Shown here piece by piece: positions 47,599 through 58,201 of a DNA stretch of 64,000 bases. The position numbers were made by a program, and so were the translations under genes. The notes beneath the pieces are model-generated. The model saw only the letters and a program-made list of their open reading frames with translations, was not told the origin of the DNA and ran no database searches. The DNA is taken from the NCBI GenBank assembly GCA_963674965.2, contig CAXXFL010000001.1, forward strand, positions 448,001-512,000, read 5' to 3'. Each line of letters opens with the position of its first letter. Position 1 is the first letter of the stretch. The DNA comes from a bacterium (GTDB lineage: Bacteria; RBG-13-61-14; DATKZS01).

Positions 47599-50424
47599 AT
47601 GTACGGCGAAAAAGAGAGAATAAGTTACCTTTTCAAGGGCCGCTGGTTCGTCAGCCTCTGGTTCGGACTGGGCTCGGCCGCGCTGGCGGTCATGGTCAAT
47701 CCCTCGGTAATTCCTTATATAGTATTGATCGGCGTTTTTCAGATGACGCTCAACCAGCCCTTTACCTGGAAAAGACTTCTGGGCGTCGATATTTCCCGGC
47801 TGGCTCGCGCCCATCTTTATACCGACGTCATTATTATTACTCTTTCCATACATTTCTTCGGAGGCCTGCACGCCGGCCCCCTTTTGATGGTCTATCTTCT
47901 ACTCATCGTTCACGCCTCTCTTACCCTGGGTCCGAACGAGGGACTGAGATCGTCCGCGGCCAGCCTCTTTTGTTTTTTCCTGATGGTGATAGTCGAGAAA
48001 ATATCGGGTATTTATTACCCTCCTCTTTACGGTCCCGGCGCGGGCTGGTCCAACTACCTGGCCATGTTCCTGTCCACCGTCACCATATTCACCGTGCCCT
48101 TCCTCACGGGCAAGTTCGTTTTCGGCGTTATCAACCGGCAGCAGTCGGAGATTAAAAGCACCCTCGAGGCCTTCCAGGGCGTTTTTATGGGCGCCATCGA
48201 GCCCGCTATCATGCTCGATCACGAGGCCCGGGTGGTCCAGGCCAATTATTCCGCCTCGGCGATTTTCAATATGGACTCCGAGGCCATGCGCGGGAAAATC
48301 CTTTACGATCTGGTGTCAGGGGAGACGGCCGACGAGTTCGCCGTAATCCTCCAGAACGTGGCCGCGGGCGAAAGGGTCGCGGGCCGAAACCTTCCCTTCC
48401 ATCCTCTGGGCGGAGAATCCAGGGTGCTCGAGATCGGCGCATCTCCCTTTGACACGGGCGCGGGAAAGCCCGGGTCCATACTCGCCCTCCTGGACGTGAC
48501 GGAAAAAATCCGCATGGCCGAGGAACTTAAAAGATACTCCGAGGAACTGTACAGGAAAGTCGAGGAAAGGACCGCCGAGCTCGAGGAATCCAGGGAGATT
48601 TACCTCAGCCTCTTCGAGAAAGCCGCCGTTCCCCTTTGCTGGCTCGATCCCGAGGGAGTTTTGCAATCGGCCAACAACGCCTTTAAAAACCTCACGGGAA
48701 TGGAGGACAAGGACCAGGGAACGGCGGCCCTGGTCGATTTGGTGGAAAACCCCAGGGAAAGGGCGGCCGTGGCGGACGCCCTTGACAGGCTGAGAAGGGG
48801 ACTTGACGCTCCCACCCGGGGCGAGGTCGAGATCAAAAGCAGGCGGGGCAAATCGTTCACGACCGAATGGTTCGTCCGTTTCGATCCTCTTACCGACCAG
48901 ATACTTGTCTCGATGATCGACATCACCGACCGCAAGCTGGCTGAGAGGGCGCTTAAAGAGAGCGAGGAAAGATACCGGACCCTGGTCGAGACCTCGCCCG
49001 ACGCCATCAACGTCACCGACCTGGCCGGTCGTTTTCTGATGGCCAACCGCCAGTCGCTAATAATGGGGGGCTTTTCGAGCGAGGAGGAACTGCTGGGCTC
49101 GAGCGCCTTCGACGCGGTAGCGCCCGAGGACAAGGACGAGGCCATTAAGGGCATGATGAAGACCCTTTCCGAGGGGACCGTGCGCAACCTCGAGTACGTT
49201 TGCCTCAAAAAGGACGGGACCCGGTATCCGGCCGAGATGAGCGTTTCCATTCTCAAGAACGCCGGCGGCGACCCGGTGGGCTATATCGGGGTGACCCGCG
49301 ACGTCTCCGCGCGGCGGGTCGCCGAGGACGCCCTTAAAAAGAGCGAGGAAAGGTTCCGCGCCCTCATCGAGCACAGCCAGGACGTCATCTCCATAATCGA
49401 CGCGACGGGCAAGATATTATACGAAAGCCCGGCGGCCATGCGCATCCTGGGCTACGATCCCGAGGAGCTCATCGGCCACAGCGCGTTCGATTTCATCCGT
49501 CCATCGGACTCCAAGGAAGTGGTCGAGCGTTTTTTCGAGGGCCTCGGTAATTACGGCTCCACCATTTACATGGACCTGACGCTCATGGCGAAGGACGGCT
49601 CGGAGAAGACGGTCGAGGCCACGGTCACGAACCTTATTGACAACCCGATAGTGGGCGGGTATATCATCAACTCGCGAGATATCACGTACAAGAAGGAACT
49701 GGAGGAAGCAAGAGAGAAGCTTCAAGAGGAACTTGTCCTGGCCCGGCAGCTGGCGGCGGCGGGCAAGATGGCCGCGGGCGTGGCCCACGAGATGAACAGC
49801 CCCCTCACCGCGATCAGCTTCTACACGGACGCCCTCGAGAAGTCGGAGGAGTTAAGCGCCGAGCAGGTCGGGAAAATCCAACGCATCAGGGAGTCGTCGG
49901 ACAGGCTTCAATACCTTATCTCCCGCCTGATCAATTTTTCCTCCGCGGACAGGGCCGAGCTCGAGCCGCTGGATATTAACGAGGTCATAAGTCAGGTGGT
50001 GGACGCCCTTTCTCACGAGTTTGCAAAGCGGCCGGAAGTGGAGTTGACTCTCGATCTGCAGGACGGCCTGGCCAGAGTTAACGGCAATAAGAAGCATCTT
50101 TTCCATATGACCTCCAACCTGGTCGTGAACGCCCTGCAGGCCATGGGGGAGAAGGGAGGCAAGGTCTCCGTCAAAACGCTCGCCGCTCCCGACGCGATAC
50201 TCCTCGAAGTAAGGGACAGCGGATCGGGGATCGAGGAAAAGGACGTCCCCAATATATTCAAGCCTTTTTTCACCAGCAAGGCGGAAGGCGAGGGCTTCGG
50301 CCTGGGCCTGGCCATCGTGGCCCAGGTCGCCAGGCTGCATGGCGCCGAGGTAAAAGTGGACTCGAAGTCCGGCGAGGGATCGACCTTTACCGTCGAGTTC
50401 CCCCTTCCAAAACAGAGCGCCTGA
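47599..50424 (+). CDS. Membrane multi-PAS sensor histidine kinase
   Basis: N-terminal TMs, several PAS/PAC repeats (SEERYR, SEERFR), VAHEMNSPL, GEGFGLGL. Confidence 0.93.
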   Translation: MYGEKERISYLFKGRWFVSLWFGLGSAALAVMVNPSVIPYIVLIGVFQMTLNQPFTWKRLLGVDISRLARAHLYTDVIIITLSIHFFGGLHAGPLLMVYLLLIVHASLTLGPNEGLRSSAASLFCFFLMVIVEKISGIYYPPLYGPGAGWSNYLAMFLSTVTIFTVPFLTGKFVFGVINRQQSEIKSTLEAFQGVFMGAIEPAIMLDHEARVVQANYSASAIFNMDSEAMRGKILYDLVSGETADEFAVILQNVAAGERVAGRNLPFHPLGGESRVLEIGASPFDTGAGKPGSILALLDVTEKIRMAEELKRYSEELYRKVEERTAELEESREIYLSLFEKAAVPLCWLDPEGVLQSANNAFKNLTGMEDKDQGTAALVDLVENPRERAAVADALDRLRRGLDAPTRGEVEIKSRRGKSFTTEWFVRFDPLTDQILVSMIDITDRKLAERALKESEERYRTLVETSPDAINVTDLAGRFLMANRQSLIMGGFSSEEELLGSSAFDAVAPEDKDEAIKGMMKTLSEGTVRNLEYVCLKKDGTRYPAEMSVSILKNAGGDPVGYIGVTRDVSARRVAEDALKKSEERFRALIEHSQDVISIIDATGKILYESPAAMRILGYDPEELIGHSAFDFIRPSDSKEVVERFFEGLGNYGSTIYMDLTLMAKDGSEKTVEATVTNLIDNPIVGGYIINSRDITYKKELEEAREKLQEELVLARQLAAAGKMAAGVAHEMNSPLTAISFYTDALEKSEELSAEQVGKIQRIRESSDRLQYLISRLINFSSADRAELEPLDINEVISQVVDALSHEFAKRPEVELTLDLQDGLARVNGNKKHLFHMTSNLVVNALQAMGEKGGKVSVKTLAAPDAILLEVRDSGSGIEEKDVPNIFKPFFTSKAEGEGFGLGLAIVAQVARLHGAEVKVDSKSGEGSTFTVEFPLPKQSA

Positions 50425-50454
50425 ATAAGCCCCGGTCTTCTATCGCGAGCGAAT

Positions 50455-50490
50455 AAAAAGGCGCGGCCTCGAAGGAAAAGCCGCGCCTTT
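50455..50490. terminator. Bidirectional terminator between the HK and rho
   Basis: AAAGGCGCGGC / GCCGCGCCTTT stem with A/T flanks. Confidence 0.8.
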
Positions 50491-50507
50491 ACTTTTGGGC
50501 GAAGTCA

Positions 50508-51941
50508 TTACTGGTTCATGGAAGAGAGGAACTCCTCGTTCGACTTGGTCCCGCTGATCTTGTCGAGCAGGAACTCCATGGCGTCGATGGTGTTGAGGGG
50601 AGAGATGACCTTCCTTAAAAGCCAGACGCGCTGGCGCACGTGCTCGGGTACCAGAAGCTCCTCCCGCCGCGTGGCCGAGCGGTTGATGTCGATGGCCGGG
50701 AAGATGCGCTTCTCCATCAGGCGCCTGTCGAGCTGAATCTCGCAGTTGCCCGTTCCCTTGAACTCCTCGAAGATGACCTCGTCCATCCTCGAGCCCGTGT
50801 CGATGAGAGCGGTGGCGATGATGGTCAGGCTTCCTCCCTCCTCGATGTTGCGGGCCGCGCCGAAAAAGCGCTTGGGACGCTGGAGAGCGGCCGAGTCCAC
50901 GCCGCCCGTCAGTATCTTGCCCGAGGGCGGAAGCACGTTATTATAGGCCCGGGCAAGTCTCGTGATCGAGTCAAGCAGAATGACCACGTCCTTTTTATGC
51001 TCGACCAGGCGCTTGGCCTTCTCGATGACCATCTCGGAAACCTGCACGTGGCGCTGGGGAGGCTCGTCAAAGGTCGAGGATATGACCTCGCCCCTTACCG
51101 AGCGCTGCATGTCCGTCACCTCCTCGGGCCGCTCGTCGATAAGGAGCACGATGAGGTAAATATTGGGATGGTTCCTCATAAGCGCGTTGGCCACGTTCTG
51201 CAGCATGACCGTCTTGCCCGAATAAGGCGGAGCAACGATAAGGGCGCGCTGGCCCTTGCCGATGGGCGAAATCATGTCGAGCACGCGGGTAAGGTAGTTA
51301 TCGTGGTCCGACTCGAGCTGGAGCCACTCGTCCGGATAAAGGGGAGTCAGGTTGTCGAAAAGTATCTTTTCCCTGCTCACCTCGGGTTCCTCGAAGTTGA
51401 CCGCCTCGACCTTGAGCAGGGCGAAGTAGCGCTCCGAGTCCTTGGGCGGACGGATTTGTCCCGCCACCGTGTCGCCCGTCCTTAAATTGAAGCGCCGTAT
51501 CTGGGAGGGCGAAACGTAAATGTCGTCCGGCCCGGGAAGGTAGTTGTAAGTGGGCGAGCGCAGGAAGCCGAAGCCGTCGGGAAGTATCTCGAGCACGCCC
51601 TCCCCGTAGATGAGCCCGTCTCGCTCGGCCCGGCGCTGGAGAATGGCGAAAATCAGGTCCGCCTTGCGCATGCCCGCCGCGCCCTCCAGGTTGATGTCCT
51701 TGGCGATCTGCAGAAGCTCGGCGATCTTCTTTTGCTTGAGTTCCTTGAGGTTGAGCTCGGAGAAGTTGACGTCCGCCGCGCGCCTTTCCGGTTTTTCAGG
51801 CTTCTCAGGTTTTTCCGAGTTCTCGGCCTGCTTGGCCTCCGGTTCCTCGACGGGATCGGTCTTCCTCGCGTTCTTCCTTGCCGTGGTCTTCTTTTCCGTG
51901 TCGTTGTTTTCTTTGTCGTTTGACTTGCTTGCGCGGGGCAT
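50508..51941 (-). CDS. rho: Transcription termination factor Rho
   Basis: [52 protein letters not shown]. Confidence 0.98.
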   Translation of the reverse strand: MPRASKSNDKENNDTEKKTTARKNARKTDPVEEPEAKQAENSEKPEKPEKPERRAADVNFSELNLKELKQKKIAELLQIAKDINLEGAAGMRKADLIFAILQRRAERDGLIYGEGVLEILPDGFGFLRSPTYNYLPGPDDIYVSPSQIRRFNLRTGDTVAGQIRPPKDSERYFALLKVEAVNFEEPEVSREKILFDNLTPLYPDEWLQLESDHDNYLTRVLDMISPIGKGQRALIVAPPYSGKTVMLQNVANALMRNHPNIYLIVLLIDERPEEVTDMQRSVRGEVISSTFDEPPQRHVQVSEMVIEKAKRLVEHKKDVVILLDSITRLARAYNNVLPPSGKILTGGVDSAALQRPKRFFGAARNIEEGGSLTIIATALIDTGSRMDEVIFEEFKGTGNCEIQLDRRLMEKRIFPAIDINRSATRREELLVPEHVRQRVWLLRKVISPLNTIDAMEFLLDKISGTKSNEEFLSSMNQ

Positions 51942-52503
51942 GTCGTTCTCCTTTAACGGTCAACTTTCCCGATCGGCCGGAACCTGGTCCAGCCGCTTAA
52001 GGACGGGGTACGTTTATCCTTCAATTCCATCGATAATTTTTTGGGAATCATCCACAATGGAGCCTGTGGCGCCAGTGGCCGAAAAACCCTGGATACTTTT
52101 CGGACGGCCCCTTTTCCGTGAACCGGGGAGCCCCTTTTAAAATCCCGCTCGATCTATATTTTATGGAAATCCTGTCGTGAGTCGATAATCAAGTTAAGAT
52201 CAATCAGGGAAATGTCATGTAAGGCCTTGACGCTTACACTCTAATAATGAACGCCATCAAGGTATTTGTCAAGTCAGGCCTAAGCCCCGAATAAGAATAA
52301 GGATGGCCGCGCCCTAAAAGTTGTCCCCCGATCGAGTTTCCCACTCCATTTAAAACAGTTACAAATATAACCCGAACATGAGCCGGGAGTCAACTCCCCC
52401 AGCGGAAAAAATGTCAATATAAGGATTTGAAGGCGGCGTGAAGAGAAAAAGCCCGGCCAAGGCCCCGTCTGAAAACCGGGCCCTGGCCGGCGCGAGAGGT
52501 TGT

Positions 52504-53283
52504 CTATTGCCCAGCGGGCAGGGCCGCTCCCGCCTCCCACATCCCCAGCATGCTGCGCTTGGCGAAGTTCTCGAGACGGTTAAAGAGGCTCCTGTACTCG
52601 ACGTTGGGAGGGACCACGTGGCTTCGGGCGTAGCCGTTCATCACCAGGTCGGCGTTGACGAACATGTCCGTGCCCAGGTAAACGTAGGCCACGGTCCTGC
52701 CTTTTTCGTCCTGGCGCTGGGGACCGAAAACCATCTTGATCGTTCTGCCCTTCATGAGCTTCTCCTGGTACTGGACGACCTCCTCGTGAAGCCTCGTGTT
52801 CCCCTTCAACTCGTCCGGATACTCGATGCCGGCGTAGGTCACCTTGCGCCCGTCCGCCAGCTCGAAGGTGTCGGCCGAGATAATCCTGACCACCTTGCCG
52901 TCCTCGAGCTGCGGCTTGGGCTCGCCGCCCCACTCGAGATAGCGGCGCTTGATCTCGGCCAACTGCTGAGCCGTCACGGCCGAGCCGGGAGGACCGTCAA
53001 GGGCGGGCTCGGGCCGCTTCGTTTTTTCCTTGGCGGGGGACGTGTGGTCGAAGAAGCGTATCCTGCCCATGTCGTCCTTCTCGAAGCCGATGCCCTCGGG
53101 CGTTACGTAATGGTCGACATCGTGGCGTACGATGCCCTGGTATCGAGCGGGAAGTTTGTCCACCCTGTCCGTGGCGTGATAGCTGCCGTCGGGATCGTTC
53201 CAGGTGTAGGTGACCGCGTGACCCGCGCGGCCGAGGAAGAGAAGAAGTAGGGTTAATAATAAAACCTTGGTTATACGCGTCAT
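52504..53283 (-). CDS. Exported DUF4124-like + thermonuclease-fold protein
   Basis: Signal peptide; YTWNDPDGSYHATD; ISADTFEL, DEKGRTVAYVY, VNADLVMNGYA, PNVEY, LGMW. Confidence 0.8.
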   Translation of the reverse strand: MTRITKVLLLTLLLLFLGRAGHAVTYTWNDPDGSYHATDRVDKLPARYQGIVRHDVDHYVTPEGIGFEKDDMGRIRFFDHTSPAKEKTKRPEPALDGPPGSAVTAQQLAEIKRRYLEWGGEPKPQLEDGKVVRIISADTFELADGRKVTYAGIEYPDELKGNTRLHEEVVQYQEKLMKGRTIKMVFGPQRQDEKGRTVAYVYLGTDMFVNADLVMNGYARSHVVPPNVEYRSLFNRLENFAKRSMLGMWEAGAALPAGQ

Positions 53284-53440
53284 GTTCCACCTCCGCTTAT
53301 TCAGTATTTAGCTTCCACGTGAACCGTTATTTAAAGCATTATAACAATTAGATCGCCTAAGCGCAAGAGGCAAAAGCGTTTTTCCGGTAATGCCGGCGGC
53401 GTGCTTTACTAAGCCAACGCGATGAAAAATGAGGGCAAAT

Positions 53441-53477
53441 AAAAAGCCCGCCTTTCACCTGGCTGGAAAAGGCGGGC
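53441..53477 (-). terminator. Rho-independent terminator after the acyl-CoA ligase
   Basis: GCCCGCCTTT / AAAGGCGGGC stem with A5 on the + strand (U-run on the - strand). Confidence 0.7.
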
Positions 53478-53499
53478 CGCGGGGGCCAGGATAGGTAGA

Positions 53500-55356
53500 T
53501 TAAAGGCCCACGTATAAAAGGTTTTCCCTTCCCATCTTCTCGAACTCCTTTTTCACCTCTTCAAAGGCCTTCGAGTCAAGAGGCAGATACGTGGCGTCTC
53601 CGCGCCGGCGATGGAAGACCACCATGTCGGGAAATTTATCCACGTTGAAATGCTGCCTTTTCAATTTCTTCGAGAGTATCTTCAAGGTCTGATGCGTCAT
53701 CTCGAAAGAGTCGACGATCCGAAAATAGTCGGGCATCCACTTGGGGTCCATCCCGCCGTTACTTTGCTGTTCCATAAGCCAGTCGTAGGCTTTTTGAGGA
53801 TCGAAGGTTTGCCCCTCGCCAAGCTGGAGCGCCACCATGACCTTCTCGTCCGCCACCTCGCACGGGGCCCCATAGGCCGCGGCCAGGTCCACGCCGGGCA
53901 TGTCCAGCATGTAATTCAACACGTTCTCGGCCGAGAAGTTCTCGCCGTCCTTCCTTATCCAGTCGTCGGTCCGGCCATCGAAATAAAGGTACTTCTTGCC
54001 GTTGATTACTCTAACGTGACCCAGGTCGCCCGAGTGGAAATAGCCGTCACGGAACTTTTTATTGCTGGCCTCATCGTTCTTGAAATAGCCGTCAAAGATG
54101 ATGTTGTCCTGCCTGGTCTTCTTGCATATCTCGCCCACCGCCTCGTCGTAGTTAAGAAGACAGCCCTTCTCGTCGCATTCACCGGGCGGGCAGGGCTCGT
54201 CCCTGTCGTTCAATATAACCACGTTTTTATTCGTGAGCCGGCCCACGCTGTCGATGGGGTCTCCCGGCATGATGACCGTGTTGATGGCCGCCTCGGTGGA
54301 CCCGTAAAGCTCGTAAACGTGGTCCATGTTGAAATAGCGGATGAGCTTTTTTCTGTCCACCGCCGTGGCCCCGTTGCCGTGGGCCACGCGGAAGCGGTTG
54401 TTGGGATGATTGGCCACCGCCTTGATTATTTCCTCCTCGCTTCCGTACTTCTTCTCCAGGGCCACGAGGATGTAATGGATGGGCTGGCCCACGTAATTCA
54501 AATAAGTCACGCCGTACTTCAGGGCGTCCTCCGTGAAGGCGCTGGCCGAGAACTTCGTCTTTAAAACGAAGCTCGCGCCGCCGATCATGATGGGAAGAAT
54601 CCCGATGAACCAGGCGTTCGAGTGGAACATGGGCATCGATATATGTCCCCTGTCGTCGAACCCCAGCCGGAGGCGGGACCAGGTAAGACCGGCCGCTCCC
54701 AGGAGCTTGGCGTGCGTGCAGGGAACGCCCTTGGGCTCGCCGGTCGTGCCCGAGGTGTAGATGACGATAAGCACGGCGAAGTTGTCCACCTTCTTGGGAA
54801 GCGCGTACCCCTTCTTGACCTCGGGAGTCGCCAGGGCCTCGCTCATGCTCTTGTAGCCCTCCGGCGCCTTGCCCTCTCCACCAGCAATGAAAACGTCGTC
54901 CTTGCCGATGGCCTCGATATCGGAAAGGTTGCGCTCGACTTCCTCCAGGCCCCCGGCGTCCGTTATCATCAGGCCGATTTCCGCCCGGTTGCAAACCCGG
55001 GACAGGGTCTCGCCCCTGAAGCCGGTGTTGATGGCGATGATGGCCGAGCCGGTCATGGCCGCCCCGAAAAAGGCGAAAACGTAGTCGGGACTATTGTCCA
55101 TGTAAACGCCCACCGCCAACTGCTCGTCGGCTTTCATCTTGCCGGCGTCAACGCGTTTTTGCTTGTAATAAAGGAAGAAGTCGGCGTACTTTCTGGCCTG
55201 GTCGTAGGTTTCCTGGTAGGTGTATTCTTTTTCGTTGAAGATAAAAAAAGGAAGGCCGCGTCTGTTCTTTTTCCGGCTTAAGAAGCTGAAGACCGAGCCC
55301 ATGTTGACAAAGCCAAGGACGTTATTCAGAAGAAACTTCTCGCGGTTGAAAGCCAT
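53500..55356 (-). CDS. Long-chain acyl-CoA synthetase (FATP/FadD17-like)
   Basis: RBS GGAGG; YTSGTTGEPKG, MPMFHSNA, YGSTE, SGDLG, GRTDDWIRKDGEN. Confidence 0.9.
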   Translation of the reverse strand: MAFNREKFLLNNVLGFVNMGSVFSFLSRKKNRRGLPFFIFNEKEYTYQETYDQARKYADFFLYYKQKRVDAGKMKADEQLAVGVYMDNSPDYVFAFFGAAMTGSAIIAINTGFRGETLSRVCNRAEIGLMITDAGGLEEVERNLSDIEAIGKDDVFIAGGEGKAPEGYKSMSEALATPEVKKGYALPKKVDNFAVLIVIYTSGTTGEPKGVPCTHAKLLGAAGLTWSRLRLGFDDRGHISMPMFHSNAWFIGILPIMIGGASFVLKTKFSASAFTEDALKYGVTYLNYVGQPIHYILVALEKKYGSEEEIIKAVANHPNNRFRVAHGNGATAVDRKKLIRYFNMDHVYELYGSTEAAINTVIMPGDPIDSVGRLTNKNVVILNDRDEPCPPGECDEKGCLLNYDEAVGEICKKTRQDNIIFDGYFKNDEASNKKFRDGYFHSGDLGHVRVINGKKYLYFDGRTDDWIRKDGENFSAENVLNYMLDMPGVDLAAAYGAPCEVADEKVMVALQLGEGQTFDPQKAYDWLMEQQSNGGMDPKWMPDYFRIVDSFEMTHQTLKILSKKLKRQHFNVDKFPDMVVFHRRRGDATYLPLDSKAFEEVKKEFEKMGRENLLYVGL

Positions 55357-55429
55357 GTTTTGCACCTCCTGGATCGGTAGATTAAATTTTGCAGGGACTA
55401 CATGGCCAATCATAGCGTTTGGCGACTCG

Positions 55430-55449
55430 CCAGTCAATCAACCGACTGG
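55430..55449. promoter_or_regulatory. Palindromic operator candidate upstream of the acyl-CoA ligase
   Basis: CCAGTC-AATCAACC-GACTGG. Confidence 0.45.
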
Positions 55450-55560
55450 TAAACGCGTCGGTCAATTGTTAGCCCGGTCTTTATCACGCTTGCTCGTCCT
55501 TAGATAAAAAGGCTTTTTCCGAAAATTATAAGTCTCGGCAAGGTGTAATTGGTCCTCTTA

Positions 55561-55812
55561 TCATTCAAGGGCCCTTGCTATCAGCTTCGCTATTTTTTCC
55601 TTATTCAGAAGAGGCCTTCCCTGGTGGGCGACCTTCTCGTTGATCACCAGGCCCGGAGTCATCATCACGTATTTGCCGATCTTGTCTATTTCCGTCACGT
55701 ACTCGATCTCCGCGTCGACTCCCGTTTCCTTTACCGCCGCCTGAGTGTCCTCCAGGAGCTTTTTACAGTTGGCGCATCCTGGACCAAGGACCTTGATATT
55801 CATCTTGGACAT
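55561..55812 (-). CDS. Small redox-active disulfide (thioredoxin-like) protein
   Basis: IKVLGPGCANC, VMMTPGLVINEKV. Confidence 0.9.
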   Translation of the reverse strand: MSKMNIKVLGPGCANCKKLLEDTQAAVKETGVDAEIEYVTEIDKIGKYVMMTPGLVINEKVAHQGRPLLNKEKIAKLIARALE

Positions 55813-55828
55813 CTTACTCTCTCCCTTC

Positions 55829-57073
55829 TCAATCGAAAATAAATCCGTAAATCAGCCCGGCAACGGTGGACATGAAAACCACCAGGGCAACGTAAACGGC
55901 CGTCTTCCTCGTGCCCAGCACGCCCCTTATCACCAGCATGTTGGGCAGCGACACGGCCGGTCCCGCCAGCAAAAGGGCCAGCGCCGGGCCCTTGCCCATG
56001 CCCGCGCCCATCAGGCTCTCTAGGATGGGCACTTCGGTAAGGGTCGCGAAGTACATGAAGGCCGCGGCTATCGAGGCGAAAAAATTGGTCCATACCGGCC
56101 AGACCGCCGAGACGACGTCATGGAGCGTTCCGTCCCCCATTCCCGTGAGAGCGAAAAAGGCGTCGGGCCTTGCGCCCACCAGGGCCTCCACGTATCGAGA
56201 GGGGATGATCGCCTCGTGGCCGGGACGGCCAAGCAGGAACCCAGCTATAAGTACTCCCATGAAAAGAAGGGGCATGATAAGGAGCGAATAATTATATGTC
56301 TCCCTGGTCCAGTCCTTTAGCTCATCCTTGTCGAACCACAGCCACAGAACGGGCGCGAGCAGGGCCAGGGAAGCGCCCGCGATGTACCACTTTATTCCAT
56401 GGATCATGGCCCACGTTCCCTCGGGACCTTCCGGCTTGCCCCAGTTGGCGAAAACCAAAAACGCGATCATGAGCGCGAAAAAGATTACCTCCTGCCAGAG
56501 CTTGCGGGGCGGTTCCATATCCATCGAGTCCGCGGCCCGCGAGGCCAGTCGCGCCTCATCGTCCTTTCTGAAGATAATCGACATGGCGACGCCGATTACT
56601 ATGGCGAAGACTATGGCCCCCGCGGCGCGCGCGATTCCCATTTTAACGCCCAACACCCGGGCCGTCAGAATAATGGCCAGCACGTTCACGGCCGGACCGG
56701 AATAGAGGAAGGCCGCGGCCGGTCCGATGCCGGCCCCCCGCTGATAGATGCCCGTGAAAAGAGGGAGCACCGTGCAGGAGCAGACGGCCAGGATCGAGCC
56801 CGACACGGAGGCCACGCCATAAGCCACCGCCTTTTTCGCGTCGGCGCCGAAATACTTGATCACCGACGCCTGGGACACGAACGCCGCTATCCCGCCGGCG
56901 ATGAAGAACGCCGGGACCAGGCAGAGGAGCACGTGGTCCCGGGCGTACTCCTGGAGCATGTAAAAGGCCTCCATGATGGCGCCCCTGACCCGAGGATGGC
57001 CGAGAGGTATTAAATAGGCCCCGACAAAGGCCGCGACAAGGTAGATAAATTTCTTCAGGTCGCTCATTATCAT
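55829..57073 (-). CDS. ArsP/DUF318 family permease
   Basis: HVLLCLVPAFFIAG, LAVCSCTVLPLF, FLYSGPAVN, MYFATLTEVP, AGPAVSLP; ATGA overlap with ArsR stop. Confidence 0.88.
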   Translation of the reverse strand: MIMSDLKKFIYLVAAFVGAYLIPLGHPRVRGAIMEAFYMLQEYARDHVLLCLVPAFFIAGGIAAFVSQASVIKYFGADAKKAVAYGVASVSGSILAVCSCTVLPLFTGIYQRGAGIGPAAAFLYSGPAVNVLAIILTARVLGVKMGIARAAGAIVFAIVIGVAMSIIFRKDDEARLASRAADSMDMEPPRKLWQEVIFFALMIAFLVFANWGKPEGPEGTWAMIHGIKWYIAGASLALLAPVLWLWFDKDELKDWTRETYNYSLLIMPLLFMGVLIAGFLLGRPGHEAIIPSRYVEALVGARPDAFFALTGMGDGTLHDVVSAVWPVWTNFFASIAAAFMYFATLTEVPILESLMGAGMGKGPALALLLAGPAVSLPNMLVIRGVLGTRKTAVYVALVVFMSTVAGLIYGFIFD

Positions 57074-57450
57074 TTCCCCGCGCCAACGCGCGACTTGGCT
57101 CTTAAAGACTCGGCGATCATGGCGTGCTCGTCCGCCATCTTGCATACGCCGTCCTCAAGGCAATGGAGCATGGACACGAGACAGGGCAGCTTGATCGAGT
57201 AGAACACGTTCAGTCCCTCCTTGCGGGTGGAGACCAGCCCGGCGGCCCTCATCACCGCGAGATGGCGGGAGGCGTTCGATTCCTTCTCGCCCAGTATGGC
57301 CACCAACTCGGCCACGGTCTTCTCGCCGCCGGCCAGGGCCTCGAAGGCCGTGATCCTGACGGGATGGGCCAGGGCCTTGAGGATATTGGCCTTGCGCTGC
57401 GCCGCCCCCGCCAGGGCTTCCCGATTAAAAGCGTCTTTTTTCTTTTTCAT
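57070..57450 (-). CDS. ArsR/SmtB family regulator
   Basis: LKALAHPVR, SRHLAVMRAAGLV..RKEG; C-terminal Cys residues. Confidence 0.92.
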   Translation of the reverse strand: MKKKKDAFNREALAGAAQRKANILKALAHPVRITAFEALAGGEKTVAELVAILGEKESNASRHLAVMRAAGLVSTRKEGLNVFYSIKLPCLVSMLHCLEDGVCKMADEHAMIAESLRAKSRVGAGK

Positions 57451-57485
57451 TTTTTTCACCGATCCATGTCCGCGCGCCGTCAATC

Positions 57486-57509
57486 ATTACTAATTTACTA
57501 TTTAGTAAT
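57486..57509. promoter_or_regulatory. ArsR operator candidate
   Basis: ATTACTAA-N8-TTAGTAAT inverted repeat just upstream of arsR. Confidence 0.6.
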
Positions 57510-57796
57510 ATTATAGCACATAATAAAACCGGCGCAAGGGGGGGCGACCGGTTTCGTAAGCAACCGCCCGGGGCCGGCGAAGCCGGATGGGTGGAGTGGC
57601 AAGACGGCTGAGACCGGTGGAAAGATGAGGTCGCGAGTAGAGGTGAGGCGGCCTACCCATCCCGAGAAGCCACCACCCCCGCGACCGGGGACCGCCTCTT
57701 TGACCGGAATCAATCAATTTCCCACATTGCGGTCCACCCGTCCCAAGCGCAATCGAAGACCACCCGGCGGCCGTCACCCTGTAACCATATACGAGC

Positions 57797-58138
57797 TCAG
57801 TTGCGTATGGCGTCCCCGGAACTCCCAATGGAGTCCTCTCCGCAATAGTAGGTGTATTGCGTAAAGCCTTCCGCTTCCCAGCCGAGAAGAGAAAAACAAT
57901 CGGGACCCGAGGCGAAAACTCCATGGGCCTTTCGGTAATTAAGCTGGGCCTCCCTTATTGCTCTAAGGTTATAATTGGGCTCCCATTGCGCCGATCTGGT
58001 ATTGAACTCCAGGAACCGGCCGATAGACAGCACGAAAAGCTGTACAAACCACGCGGCCAAAACCAGAAAAATAATTAAGGAGCTCAGAGACACTCGTTTC
58101 TTTGCCTCCGGGATGGGCGGCGTTTGCATTTGCGTCAT
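57797..58138 (-). CDS. Pilin-like membrane protein, probably truncated or frameshifted
   Basis: TM helix, then YNLRAIREAQLNYRKAHGVF...LGWEAEG..YTYY resembling deltaproteobacterial PilA helix; no GFTLxE cleavage motif. Confidence 0.5.
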   Translation of the reverse strand: MTQMQTPPIPEAKKRVSLSSLIIFLVLAAWFVQLFVLSIGRFLEFNTRSAQWEPNYNLRAIREAQLNYRKAHGVFASGPDCFSLLGWEAEGFTQYTYYCGEDSIGSSGDAIRN

Positions 58139-58201
58139 AATCTCTTCTCCAAAAAGGTTTTCAATTTTCCCTCTCAAACTTTAGAAAATATCCTAAGGGA
58201 A

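Noticed and set aside
53311-53326. parS-like sequence GCTTCCACGTGAACCG
   Set aside because: Only about 11/16 match to the parS consensus, single copy.
55561-57509. arsR-permease-thioredoxin operon as a novel system
   Set aside because: A well-known, widespread ArsR/ArsP/redox-disulfide module.
57540-57720. GC-rich inverted repeats (GGATGGGT/ACCCATCC) as ncRNA or MITE
   Set aside because: Short stems expected by chance at this GC; no second copy, target duplication or known motif.
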